Shown piece after piece: positions 34,305 to 47,030 of a stretch of DNA of 64,000 nt (positions within the stretch are counted from its first letter, which is position 1; every line of letters begins with the position of its first letter). A program made the translations under genes and the position numbers. Under the pieces are notes generated by a model that saw nothing but the letters and a program-made list of their open reading frames with translations, had not been told where the DNA came from and made no database searches. The stretch covers positions 310,001-374,000 of the forward strand of contig JABVCE010000007.1 in NCBI GenBank assembly GCA_014905635.1, given 5' to 3'. The stretch comes from Scenedesmus sp. PABB004 (lineage: Eukaryota).

Positions 34305-37300
34305 ATGCAGCCTGCTCGTGCGGCCGCGCGCTCGTCGGCGTTCCCTGGTGCGCGCGGCGTGCTGGCCCGCATGGCGCCGAGGCACCCGCCCGCGCTGCGG
34401 CCGCGCGGCGGCCGGGGCGGCGGGCCGAGCGCCTCCCGTGGCCCGCCCGCAGACTATCGCAAGACTGACATCGCGCACAAGCACATCAGGCGCGGCCTGG
34501 CGCTGTTCTATCGCCATGTCCCCACGCTGCTGCTGCTGCCCGTGGCCGCCAGCCTCGCGGTGAGGCGCCGCGGGAGCGCCCGGGACCCTCCCGCACGCGC
34601 GGCGCGGCGCTCACGCCCGCACGCGCGGCGCCCGCAGCTGGAGCTGCTGTCCATGGCAAAGAACGGCGACCTGCACCGCCTCTGGACCGTGGCGAGCCAG
34701 ACGGACCTCACCTTCAACCTGGTGCGCCCGGGGCGCGAGCACGGGCGCCGCCCGGCGGCCCGCGCGGCGCGCGGCGCGCGGCGCCAGCAGCGGCGCGCCC
34801 CGCCGCGCGGCGCCGCCGCCGGGCGCGGCGCCGCCGCCTCGCCGGCTGGCGAGCCCACCGCGCCGCCCACCCGCCGCCCGCACCCGCCGCCGCGCACCCG
34901 CCGCCGCGGGCGCGGCAGGTGACGGTCGTCGCGTGCGTGAGCGTGATGGCGGCGGCCATCCTCGCGTTCTTCCTCCTGCAGACGCGGCCGGTGTACCTGG
35001 TGGACTACAGCGTCTACCGCCCGCCCGACAGGTGCGAGGAGCAGCGGCGGGGCGCGGCCCGCGGCGGCGGCCCGCCGCGCGAGGAGCAGCGGCGGCGCGC
35101 GCGCGGGCGCGCACGAGGAGCAGCGGCGGCGGGAGGCCGCGGCAGCCGCGGCAGCGGGCGGCCGCGGCAGCAGCGGGCGGCAGCGGCAGCCGCGGGCGGC
35201 AGCGGCAGCTGCTGCAGGCGGCAGCGGGCGCCAGCGGGCGAGGCGGGGCGCGGTGGCGCGCGCGCGGCAGCTGGAGGGAGGCGCGCCGGCGGCGGCGGGC
35301 GGCTGCAGCTCGGCGCAGCGCCGGCGTGGCCCTGCCCCGCCCCCCACCGCGCTCCGCCGCGCGGCAGCTGGAAGATCGCGGCCCCGCGCTTCCTGGGGCG
35401 CTCGGTGTCCTCCCAGGTGCTGACGGCCGCCCCCGCCCGCGCCGCGCCGCGCCGCGCCCGCGCGCCCCGCTGCTGCAGCTGGAAGTGGCCGAAGCAGTGG
35501 CACGCGCACTGCACCGCGGCGTGCAAGGTGTGTGGCCCGCGCGTGCTGCGGGGCGGCGGGCCGCGCGCCGCTGGCGGCGCCGCGCCCCCGCGGCGCGGCG
35601 CCGCCGGCGGCGCGCGGCGCGGCGCCCGGCGGCGCGCGCGGGCGGCCCGGACCGCCGCGGCGCGGCGCGCGGCCGCCTCGGGCGCCGCGGCCGGCCCGGC
35701 CGGCGCTGACGCCCGGGGCCCAGCGCCGCCCGGCGGCAGCACCGGCCGGGCCGGCCGCGGCGCCCGCGGCGCCCGCGCGCCGCGCCGCGGCGCGCCGCCC
35801 ACGCCCCACCCACCCCCCGCCCCACCCAGCCGCCGCGCCCCCGCGCCGCCGCGCGCCGCCGCGGCGCCGCTCACGCCCGGCGCCCGCCCGCCCGCCCGCC
35901 CGCCCGCCCGGCCGGCCCGCTGCGGTGTGCGCCGCGCGTGTCGCGCGCAGAAGTTCACGCCCGAGAGCATAGAATTCCAGGCCAAGATCCTCGCGCGCAG
36001 CGGCCTCGGCGACGAGACGTACCTCCCGCCCGGCCTCGCGCAGCAGCCGCCGGCCATCAGCATGAGCGACGCGCGCTGGGAGTTTGAGCAGGCGCGTGAT
36101 GATGATGGGGGGGAGAGGGAGAGGGAGAGGGAGAGGGACAGAAAGAGAGAGCGGCGTTGCGCCGCGCCGCGCCGCGCCGCGCCGCGCGCCGGCCGGCCGC
36201 CGACCCCGTCTCGCCCGCGCGCGCCGCCGCGCAGGTGTGCTTCACCGCGGTGCGCGACGTGCTGGCCAAGGCGGGCGTGAGCCCGCGCGCGGTCGGGTGC
36301 GTGATCGTCAACTGCAGCCTCTTCAACCCCACGCCCAGCCTCGCGGCGATGGTGATGAACCACTTCAAGATGAGCAGCAACGTCATCAACTACAACCTCG
36401 GCGGCATGGGCTGCTCGGGTGCGGGGGGTGGGCTGCTCGGGACGCGCGCCGCGCGGGCCGCGCCGCCCGCGCCGCCGGCGCCGCGCCGCGCCCGCGCCGC
36501 CGGCGCCGCCGGCCCGGAGCCGCGCCCCCCTGACACGCGCCCACGCCCGCAACACACACCCACGCACCCCCCCCCACCCCCGCCCACCCCCCAGCCGGCA
36601 TTGTCGCGATCGACCTGGCGCGCCAGATGCTGCAGCTCATGCCCAACACCTACGTGCTCGTGGTGTCGACGGAGAACATCACACAAAACTGGTGCGACCC
36701 CCGCGCCCGCCGCCCGCGCCCGCCGCGCGCGCGCGCCCGCCGCCGCCGCCGCCGCACCGCGCGTTCGGGTGTCGCGCGCGCCCCGCGCCCGCCCGTCTGG
36801 CCGCGTGCTCTGCCAACACGCACGACGCAAAAGAAAACACACAGCTCACACCACCCACCACCACGCCCGCAGGTACTTTGGCAACACCAAGTCGATGCTC
36901 ATCCCCAACACGCTCTTCCGCGTCGGCGGCGCGGCGATGCTGCTGAGCAACAAGCGCATGGACGCGTGGTGCGCGCGCGGCGCTGGCTGCCGCACGGCGG
37001 CGGCGACACGGGGGGGGGGGGGGGACGGGACGGCGGGCGCCAGAGGGGACTGGGAGGGGCGCCCGCACGGCGCCGGGCCGCCGCGCCCGCGGCGCCCGCC
37101 GGCGCCTCGCCCCACTGCTCCCCGCCGCCGCGCGCGCCGCCGCGTGCTGCCCACAGGCGTGCCAAGTACGAGCTCACGCACGTCGTGCGCACGCACCTGG
37201 CCGCCAACGACGCGGCGTTCAACTGCGTGGTGGAGCAGGAGGACGCGGAGGGCAGCCGGGGCGTGAAGCTGAGCAAGGAGCTCATGGCCATCGCGGGTGA

Positions 37301-38339
37301 GCGGGCGGGAGGGGCGGGCGGGCAGGGACGGGGCGGGGCTGCGGCGGCGGCGGCGGGCTCGGGGCTGCGCGTCGCCGGCGGGCGCCGCAGCAGCCGCCGC
37401 AGCGTGGTGCCTGACGCCCCCGTCCCCCGCCCTCCCCTGCCCTCGCCGCCCCGTCCCGCCAGGCGAGGCGCTGAAGGCCAACATCACCACGCTCGGGCCG
37501 CTCGTGCTGCCGCTGAGCGAGCAGATGCTGTTTGCGGCGAACATGCTCGCCCGCAAGGCGCTCGGCAAGGGCCGCGTGCGCCCCTACATACCAGACTTCA
37601 AGCTCGCGTTCGAGCACGTCTGCATCCACACAGGTGCGCGGCCCGCGCCCGCGCCGCACCGCCGCCGCGCCGCCGCGCCGCGCCGCCGCCCGGCCCACGC
37701 CGCCGCACGCGGCTCTTAAACCCTGGACCTGTGCACCCGCCCTGAACGCCGAACCCCGCCAGGCGGGCGCGGCGTGATCGACGAGATTGAGAAGCAGCTG
37801 AGCCTCACGGCCGACTACGTCGACCCCAGCCGCGCGACGCTCTACCGCTACGGCAACATCAGCAGCAGCAGCATCTGGTGCGCGCCCGCGCGCGCGCGCG
37901 CGCCCGCGCGCCAACGTGCCTGCACCCCCGCGCCCGCCGCGCCCGCGGCCGCCGCGCCGCGCGCTGCGCGCGCGCGCGCTCACCCTGCCGGCGTGCGCCG
38001 GCCCGGCGCCGACAGGTACGTGCTCGCCTACATCGAGTCCTGCAAGGGCGTGCGCAAGGGCGACCGCGTCTGGCAGCTGGGCTTCGGCTCGGGTGCGCGC
38101 GCCCGCCGCGCCGCGCCGCCGCCGCCGGCCGCGCGCGCGCGCCGCGCCGCGCGCGGCGCCCCCCCGCCGCCCCGCCCACGCCCGCGCGCCGCCGCCGCCG
38201 CCCCGCCCGCGCGCGCCCGGCAGGCTTCAAGTGCAACAGCGCGGTGTGGCGGGCCAACCGGCGCATCTGCGAGACCCACGCCGCGTGGGAGGGCTTTGAC
38301 CACGACCAGATGGTCGCCGACCTGGCGCAGCAGGAGTGA
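34305..38339 (+). CDS. KCS: 3-ketoacyl-CoA synthase (FAE1/KCS very-long-chain fatty-acid elongase)
   Basis: [96 protein letters not shown]; two alternative 49-nt exons at 35368-35416 and 35479-35527. Confidence 0.97.
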
Positions 38340-38353
38340 GCTCAGCCCAGCCT

Positions 38354-38417
38354 GGCCCGGCCCGGCCCGGCCCGGCCCGGCCCGGCCCGGCCCGGCCCGG
38401 CCCGGCCCGGCCCGGCC
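38354..38417. repeat. (GGCCC)n pentanucleotide repeat at the start of the KCS 3' UTR
   Basis: Perfect tandem pentamer. Confidence 0.9.
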
Positions 38418-39776
38418 GCGCGGCCGCGGCCGCGGCGGGGCGGCGGGCGGGCGGGCGAAGAAAGCGGGAGGGATGGGTGGGCGCGCCGGCCGCGAGGCGG
38501 GCGCGGGGCGGGCGGGCGCGCGGGGGCAGGGGGCGAGGCCGGGTCGAAGAAGAATCGAATAGCCCCGGGGCTCCCGGGGGTGTGCGCGGCGCCCCGGGCG
38601 CGGCGGCGCTGCGGCGGCGTGCGATTTTCTGCGGCGGCCGCAGGCGCGCGGCGACGCATGCCCGCGCGGCGCGGCCGCCGCGCGGCGCGGGCCCGCGGCG
38701 ACGCGGCGACGCGGGACGGAGACCAACACAACACAACACCGGATGCGGCTTGCCGCGCGTGCGCGCGGGGTCTGCGCGGGGGCGGGGCCGCCGGCGACGG
38801 CGCGCCCCGGCCCTCTGTCTGTCTTGTCTCTCCTTTCTTTGAGCTGCGCAGGCGGGCGGCGGCGCGCGGGGCGGCGGCAGCGCGCCGGCGCCGCGCCGCC
38901 GGGCGCGGCCCGGCCGGCGCCGCCCGCGCGGCCGGCTGCGCACGCAGACGCAGACATGTTTGACTGTTTTCGATGTATTCGGCGCCCCTGCCTGCTGGCC
39001 GCGCCAGGCCAGGCGCGCGACGCGGCGCGACGCGCGCGCGCAGCACACGACAGCAGCGGCGGGGGAGGGGGAGCGATTCTTCTTGGCGCGCGCGCCGCGG
39101 CGGACACAGCGCCGCGGCGCCGCCGCCGTTTGACGCGCCTTGCTTGTGCAGCTGCAGAGAGAGGGGGCGGGCGCCGCACGCGTCGTCGCGTGCGAACAAA
39201 GGCCAACGGGCGCGCGGCGGGGACGGGGGCGCGCGGCCGCCGCGCGCGCGCGCGGCTGCGCGGACAGGTCGCGGCCCCTGCACAGGCGCGGCGCGCGGCG
39301 GCGCGCGCAGGGGGGCTGACAAACACACACCACCGCCGCGGCGCGCTCGGCGCGCGCGCGGCAGGCTCGGGGCGCGCCGCAGCCGCGGGACAGCCTCCAT
39401 TGTTTGATAACGGTAACGCGAGAGATGCTACGGCGGCCGGACGCTCTCACACTCGCGCGCGCGCAAGCTGGGCCCAATCGACCGGACGATGTGCGGCCGC
39501 CGCCGCCGACGACAGTGTGTTACACAGCGTTGTTTGGCCCGCAGGGTTGCGTTGTGTGTGCTCGTGCGGAATGCCGAGGCCCGCCCGCTCGCGCCAATGG
39601 GCGACAGTCCAGACGGGGGGCGGGTCAAGTCAAATGCTCGGCCGTTGCCGTGGGACGCGCGGCATGCGCGCGCGCGTCGTGGCGGTGCAGGGAGGACGCG
39701 TGACGTCGTGGATGCAGAGGGGCGCGGAGGAGGAGGAGAGGCGGCAGGGTGGCTCGGCGCCAGCCTTGCCGCCGCC

Positions 39777-41360
39777 TCACGCGAGGAGGTGCTTGGCCAG
39801 GAACGCGGCGCCCGCGTTGAACGCGGTCGTCGCCGCGGCGGTGGTCGCCGGGTCTGACGCGTTGGCGCGCATCGCAAAGCCGTGCGGCATGCCGGCAAAC
39901 GCCGTCGCGCTCGCGTCGAGCCCGCCCGCCGCCGCCTTGCGCGCGAGGCTCGCTCGGATCGCAGCAAAAAACTCGGTCTTAATTTGACTGTCGAGCGTGG
40001 GGTCGGCCTGCTGGAAGCTGATCGGCGCGGCGATGGCCTCGATGTCGGCCGGCGTGAGCAGCGAGCCGTGGTACACGACCGCCGCCGCCACGCGCGCCGG
40101 CTTGTGCGTGAGCAGCACCGCGTAGAGCCCGCCCCAGCAGAAGCTGCGTGCGTGTGTGTGTGTGTGTGTGTGTGCAGGCGCGGCGCGGCGGGGGCGGTCG
40201 GCCGGGCGCGGCGGGGGCAGTCGGCCGGGGGCGGCGGTGGCGGCCCTGCGGCCGCGCGGCCGCGCGGCGCTGCGCGGCCGCCCTGCGCCGCGCGCGGCCC
40301 TGCCGCGCGGCGCTCACCCCTGCACGCCGAGCTTCTTCACCGACGGGTACTGCTTGCGCACGTCCGCGAGCACCGCGTCCGTCTCGCTCAGGATGCGCTC
40401 GCGCGGGAACTTGGCCAGCCTGCGGCGGCGCGGCGGCGGCGGCGCCGCGCCGTCGGGGGCGGCTCGCGGCTCGCGGCGGCGGCGGCTCGCGGCGCTCGGG
40501 CGGCGCGCCGTTTTTGCCTGCCGCCGCGCGCGCACCAGGTCTTGAAGGTCGCCGGCGCGTCGGCCTTGGTGCGCGCGCCGCCCTTGAAATAGTCGGGCAT
40601 GACCACCAGGAAGCCCTGCGTGTGCAGCGCGCGCAGCGTGCAGCGCGGGCGGGCAGGCGGCGGGGCGGGGCGCAGCGGTGAGCGGAGCGCGAGGCGCGGC
40701 GGAACGCGAGGCGCGGCGGCCGGCGGCGGCCAGGTCGGGCGGGTGCTGCCCATCCACCCCGCGCCGCGCGCGCGCACCTTCTTGGCGAGCTGGTCGGCCC
40801 AGACGCGCGCGTTGTCAGCCTTCCAGCCAAACACATCCGTCACCAGCAGCACCGCCGCGGCGGGCTTGGCGCCGCCCGGCGGCGCCGCGACATACGCGTC
40901 GTAGCCGCCTGCGCGGCGCGGCGCGGCCGGCGGACTCAGAAAACAGGGCTCGGCGGCGGCGGCGCGCCGCGCGGGGGGCGGCGCCGCCCGGCAGTGGCAG
41001 CCCGCATGCCAGTCGCGGCTGCCCGCCGGCACAGCGCGGGTGTGTGGACGGCGGCGTCCGCCGCCGCGGCGGCGCCGGCGCCGCGCGCGCTGCCGCAGCG
41101 GTCGCGACTGGACGACGCCGTGCCTGGGCGCAGTTCGCGCCCAGCGGGCAGCCCTGGCGCTGCGCGGAACGGCCGCACGCACCGATTTTGCGCTCGGATC
41201 CTGCGCCCTTGCCGGTGAGCGTCACCGTGCCCGCTGCAGGGCCGCTGTGGCCCTCCGCGAAGGCCTTGACGTCCAGCGTGCGGGCAGGCGCCGCGGGGGC
41301 GGGCGCCGCGCTCGCCAGCGCGGCCAGCGCGACGAAGACCAGGGCCAGGCGGTGCATCAT
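39777..41360 (-). CDS. Dienelactone hydrolase-family alpha/beta hydrolase with signal peptide
   Basis: TDVFGW, VVMPDYF, nucleophile elbow G/FCWGG, YHGS, MPHGFAMR; N-terminal MMHRLALVFVALAALASA. Confidence 0.9.
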
Positions 41361-42149
41361 AGTTCCTTCAGCAGCACGCCAGGTTGCTGGGAGCGGCGGG
41401 AGAGTGCGGGCGCCACGCGGGGGCGGAACGGGTCGGCGCACCAAGGCATTTTCGGCGCGCAGAACCTCCAGCCGCCAATTGGCCGCCCCACCGCCGCCCG
41501 ATCGACGTATTCAGCTCAGGGCCGGCCGCGCGGCCGCTGCGGTGCGCCGCGCCGGCGCCGGTGCCGCCCGCGGCGCGCGCAGCGCTCTCGCCCGGGCCGC
41601 CGCCTTGACGCTCGCCCAGCTGCCGGCTGCCGGCCGCACGGGCGCGCCTTCCCTCGTTACTCCTCGTTCTCGAGATAAGCCGTGGTGACCGTGCCGGCGC
41701 AAAAAAGGCCGCCGCGCAGCCGGCGCGGCGCGCGCTCGCGCTGCGCCGGCCTTCTTCTCGCCCTCGATCGTCTCCCGCGACGCCTGCAAGCGTCCGGTGG
41801 TGGTACGCCCTAGTGTGGTGTGAGAAGACACACAGAAATGCAGGGGGGCTCGCGGCACGCCAGGGGGCCGGTGCAGGCCGCTGGCGGCGCGCAGCACAGG
41901 ATGCACTCAAGATGCACACGCGCTCAACCACTCACGCTCACGCACGCGACGCGGCACGCGCCGCGCGCAGCAAAGGAATGGCGCCGGGGGCGGGCGCGCC
42001 GCACGGCGGGCCGCGCCCACTTGGATTTCGCCCGCCGGTCAGCCGCCGCTCGCGCGCGCGGCACGCGGCGGGGAGGGAGGGGCGACAACAACGCACGCAG
42101 AGAGAGTGGGAGGGGGTCAGAGAATAAAATGCGCGCGCCGCCCGCGCCC

Positions 42150-42909
42150 TCACGCCGCGCGCCGCTCGCCCTCGCCCTCGCCCTCGCCCGGCGCCGGCGC
42201 GGGCGCGGGCGGCGCCGCGTCGTCGTGCCCGGGCGCCGCGTCGGCCGAGGCCACGGTGCCGGCGTAGCTGTCGAGGGAGAAGCGGCGCTGCGGCGTGCAG
42301 TGCTTGTTGGTGTCGTCCATCATCATCGAGCAAAACTGACGGCGGCCGGGGCGGCGGGCGCGCGCGGCGTGTGAATGCGCGTGTGAATGTGCGCGCGCGC
42401 GGTGCTTGCCGGGGCTCGCGGCGGCGGCGGCGCGGCGGGCGCGCCCGGCGGCGGGCGCGCGCGCGCGGCGGGCCGGCCGGCGCCGCCGCTCGGTGCGCGG
42501 CGCGCGGTGCGCGCACCTCTGTGTACGTCATCTTGCCCTCGTGCGCCTCGTCGATGCAGGAGGAGACCTCGCTCATCATCTCCTCCGCGAGCGCGGGCGT
42601 GATGTGGTGCTGGCCGAGCAGCTGCTGCTGGAGGTGCAGCAGGTCGGCGCAGGTGATGAAGCCGTCGTGGTCCTGGTCCAGCGCGTCAAACGAGCGGCGC
42701 AGCTGGGGGCGCGCGGGGGACACGTGGGGGGACGGGCGGGGCGGGGCGGGGCGGGGTGTGGAGGGAAGGGGCGGGCGGAGGGGCGCGGTGGGTGAGAGGG
42801 CTCGGAGCGAGAGGCGAGGCGAGAGAGGGGTGGCAAGCGACGGCGCGCCGCTGGCCGCGCGCGCGCGCGCGTGCCCCGTCACGCCCCCTGCTCCCCCTCC
42901 CGCCCCAGC

Positions 42910-42985
<76 letters not shown>

Positions 42986-45900
42986 GCCGCCGCCGGCGCC
43001 CCGCGCCCCGCGCACCGCGTCCTTGGCCTTGGTGTAGTTTGAGTTAGCCAGCATCGCGGCGAGGAACTCGTCCACGTCGACGTAGCCCTCGCCGTAGAGG
43101 TCGCTCGCCGCAATGAGGCCTTCGAGCGCCTCCGGGCCAATCTCGCTCACAAAGCCCGCCTTGGCCAGGCTGCCCGTGCTGCGCAGCGCCTCGTGCAGCT
43201 CTGCGGCGGTGGGTGTGTGTGGGCGTGGGGGTGTGAGGTGTGTGGGCGGGTGTGGGCGTGGGCGCGTGTGTGGGTGTGGGCGTGGGGGTTGGATGTGCGT
43301 GTGTGTGTGGGCGTGTGGGCGGGGGGTGTGGTGAGGAGAGGAGGAGGGAGGGGAGGGGCGGGAAGGGGGACAGGGGACAGGGGAGGGGCGGCGGCCCCGC
43401 CGCGCGCCGGGGGGCGCGGCGCGCACCCGCTGGCGTGAGGTGGCCGTCGCCGTCCTTGTCGAGGGCGTAGAACGCCTCCTGCGCGGGGCACACACGCGGG
43501 CGGGTGGGTGGGGGGGGAGTTGTTGTTGTTGTTGTTGTGAGTGTGTGGGGGTGTGCATGTGTGTGTGTTTTGGGGGGGGGGGGGTCAAGGCCCTGCTGCC
43601 CCCCCCCATACACACACATCCCCGCCCGCGCGCCGCGCGCCTTGAGCGTCGTGATGTGGCGGTCTGTCACGGTGTGGCAGAGCACGCTGAGCGCGAGGCG
43701 CTTCATGCGGGACATGCCGGCAAACGCCTCCAGCCGCGCGACGACGTGGCTCATGCCGCCTGGGGGGCGGCCACGGGGGGGGGGGGGGGGCGTGTGAGTG
43801 GGCGCGGGCGCGCGTGTGAGTGGGCGTGCGCGGGCAGGAGTCGGCGCGCGTGCGGGGGGATGAGCCGGGGAGGAGGGGAGGGGCGGGCGGGGGCGGCGCA
43901 CCCGCGGCGGTCGTGCTGCCGTCGGCGGGCGCGGGGCCGGGGCCCTCCTCGGGCTGGCGGAACCAGTCGTGCGCGAGCAGCTCCTCCGCGCTCGGCCGCG
44001 CTGCGGCGCGGCGCCGCGGCGGCGGCGCGTCAGCGGGCGGCGGCGGGCGCGGCAGGCGGCGGCGGGCGCTGCATGCGCTGCGTGTGCTGCGTGCTGTGTG
44101 CTGCGTGCGCTGCGGCCGCTGCGCCGCCCACCCGTGGCGTCAAGCTTGAGCATCTCCCTCACGAGCGCCTTGCCCGCGACGCTCACGTGGGCCCACTCGT
44201 CGGGGCACATGCGGAAGTGGCCTGCGTGTGGCCGCCGCCGCGCGGCGGCGTGGGCGGGGCGGGCGGCGGGCGGCGGCGGGGGGCAGGCGTGACGCGAGCG
44301 GCGGCCCCGCACGCCGCACAGCCCCCCTCGCGCCGCCGCCGCCGCGTGCGCCGCCGCCGCCGCGTGCGCCGCCGCCGCGTGCGCCGCCGCCGCGGTGCGT
44401 GGCGGCCTCACCCCCCGCCGCCTCACCTGTGCGGACCTTTGCCACGATGTCCTCGTCGCTGCGGCCGTTGAAGGGCGGCCGGCCGCTGAGCAGGATGAAG
44501 AGCACCACCTGCGTGGCCGGGGGGGGGGTGTCAGGGTTTAGGGTTCAGGGTTGCGAGGGTTCAGGGTTGTGAGGGTTCAGGGTTTCAGTGATTCAGGTTT
44601 TTGGTGCGTTGGAGGGGCTCTTCAAGCATTGGGGGAGACGGGCGGCGGCTTGAGGCGGCGCCGGGCGGTGCGCGGCGGCGTGGCGCACCCCCGCGCTCCA
44701 GACGTCTGCGCCCTTGTCGTAGTCGCGCCAGAGCACCTCGGGCGCGACGTAGTACGGCTGCGCGTGCGTGTGTGTGTTGTGTGTGTGTTGTGTGTGTGTT
44801 GTGTGTTGTGTGTGCGTGTGGAGGGGGGGGGGGGGGCAGCGGCGGCGGCGCCCGGGCAGTCAGTCACGCCCAGGCGGCGGCGGCGGCTCGGCTGCCCGCC
44901 GGGGGCCTCGGCCGGCCGGGGCCCCGCCACTGCGCGCGGCGCGACCGCCGCCGCGCGCCGCTCGCGGCCGCCGCGCACCGTGCCGAACTTTTTGCAGAGC
45001 CGCTTGCCCGGGACGCAGAAGGTGCTGCAGCCAAAGTCGATGACCTTCAGCGTCAGCGCCCCGCTCTCCGCCTTGGAGAGCAGCAGGTTCTCGGCTTGAT
45101 GTCCCTGTTGGAGGCGGTGGGCGGGGTGGTGGGCGGGTGGTGGGTGGGTGGTGGGAGGGGTGGGCGGGGTGGGCGGGTGAGAGAGTGCGTGAGGGCGGGC
45201 GGGCGGCGCGTGGCGCGGCGTGCCGAGGCGCGCCAGCCAGCCCCCCGCGCGCGGCCCGCGCAGCGCGCGCCGCGCGCCCCACGCGCGGCGCTGGCCGCCG
45301 GCGGCGCGCGTGCGCGGCGCGGCGGCGCGCGGCGCGGCGGCGCGCGCCTGTGTATGACGTGCTTTGCGTGCGCGTGCGCGAGGAAGGAGAGCAGCGCCTG
45401 CGCCTTGGCCGCGGCCATGCCCTCGGTCATGTGCCCCGACCGGATGATCTGGTCGAAGAGCTCGCCGCCGTTGCAGAGCTCCATCACGAGGTAGAAGCTG
45501 GCCGCGTCCTGCAGCACCGCCTCCAGGCCCACCATGTTGGGGTGGCCCGAGAGCAGGCGCATGATCGCGACCTCCTTCACGATGTCTGGGGGTGAGAGGG
45601 GGGGTGGAGGGAGGGGGGTGGAGGGAGGGGGAGGCCGGACGTGAGCGGCGGCTCGGGCGGCGGGGCGCGGCGCGGGGCGCGGGGCGCGGCGAGCGCGCAG
45701 CAGTCGCCCCGCAGCAGTCCCCCCGCGCGCTGAAACCCGCCCGCCCGCGCCCGCCCCCACACAACCCAAGCCCTCGCCGCCCCCCCCCCCCCCCCCCCCC
45801 CGGGCCCCGCGCCTCACTCTGGAGCTGCTGCAGCAGCGCCTCCTTGCCCTCCGCCTTCTTCATGATCTTCACCGCGTAGCGCCGCCCGTCCTTGAGCGAC

Positions 45901-46455
45901 ATCGCGACCTGCACGCGCGCGTAGTGCCCCGTGCCGATGACCTGCGGCGCACGGCGGCGGCGGCGCGGGGTGCGCGGGGTGGTGCGCGGGGCGTGAGCGG
46001 CAGGCGCGCGGCGCCGCCGCGCGCGCCGCCGCGCCGCCGGCCTCTTCCCGCGCCCCCGCCCCTCCCCGCCCGCGCGCCCGGAACGGGCGTTGAGGCCAGC
46101 CACCACAGCCCCCCCCCCTCCAGAAAAACCAGCCCCGCCGGCCACGCGCCTGGCCGAGGCGGTAGTGCTCCGCAAACTTGAGCCGCGCGCCGGCCTTGAC
46201 CTCGCGCTGCGCCGCCGTCACGGCGGCGCGGATCTCGGGGTACTCGTCCCCCTCCGGCGGCGGCGCGGGCGCGACCTTGATGCTGATCGCCGCCGGGCCG
46301 CCCAGGCCGTCGGCCTTGGCGGTCTGGATGCTCGCCGAGCCGCCGCCGCCGCCGTCGCCGCCGAGGCTCGCGCGGCCGCCCGGCGCCGCGCCCGCCGCGG
46401 CGCCGCCGCCGCGCGGCTCCGCGGCGTCGGCCGCGCTGCCGCACACGTTGCCCAT
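42150..46455 (-). CDS. Calcium-dependent protein kinase (CDPK) with EF hands; apparent 1-nt frameshift near 45093
   Basis: MGNVCG acylation motif; IGTGHYARV, YAVKIM, LVMELCNGGELFD, HRDIK(P)ENLLL, IDFG, YYVAPEVL; EF hands DKDGDGHLT and DQDHDGFIT. Confidence 0.93.
42912..42984. repeat. (GCC)n microsatellite in a CDPK intron
   Basis: Perfect trinucleotide run. Confidence 0.9.
44531..44600 (+). repeat. Degenerate telomere-like repeats (TTTAGGG/TTCAGGG) in a CDPK intron
   Basis: tcagggtttagggttcagggttgcgagggttcagggttgtgagggttcagggtttcag. Confidence 0.65.
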
Positions 46456-47030
46456 CGCTCACCCCCGCCACGAGGACGAGGGGGGTGTGGCCCTGGGCCG
46501 CTGCCGGCGAGCGCGCCGCGCGGTGCGGCGCTGCTGCCGGCGCGCGCCGCGCGCTGCTGCCGCCTGGCCTGGCCGGCCCGGTGGGGGCCGCCGGGCGCCG
46601 CGCGGCAAGCGTGGCCGCCGGAGATCCCGGCCCGGAGCTGACCCGCGCGGCCCCGGGCGCTGGGCGTGCTCCAGCGGCGGAGCGCGGCGGCGTGCGAGGG
46701 CCCCGGCGACCGCCGCCGCGAGCGCTCGAGGTGCTCCTGCGTCCCGCTGGTGAGGCGCGTGAGGGTGAATCCGGAGCGTGACGGGGGCCGGCGGGGGGCT
46801 GCGAGCTCGTCCTGCGAGCGGTGCTCGTGCGAGTTAAAGCTCCAACCAGAGGTGTTCGCGCCGCCCCTGCCCCAGCCAGCGCGCATCACGCAGTGGGCAG
46901 CGAATCCCGCGCCGGGCCGCGCCATCTGGGCCCACCCGGCACGCGGTGAGCTCGGCGCGTTGACCGCCGGGCGCCGCCGCCGCAACCAGCGCCGGGCGCC
47001 GCCGCCACGCCCGCTGCTCCTCCAGCGGCG

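Noticed and set aside
35271..35319. Possible third alternative KCS exon (CGCGCGGCAG|CTGGAG, same acceptor context as exon A)
   Set aside because: No credible donor at +49 and the translation is low-complexity (WREARRRRR); at most a decayed copy or decoy acceptor
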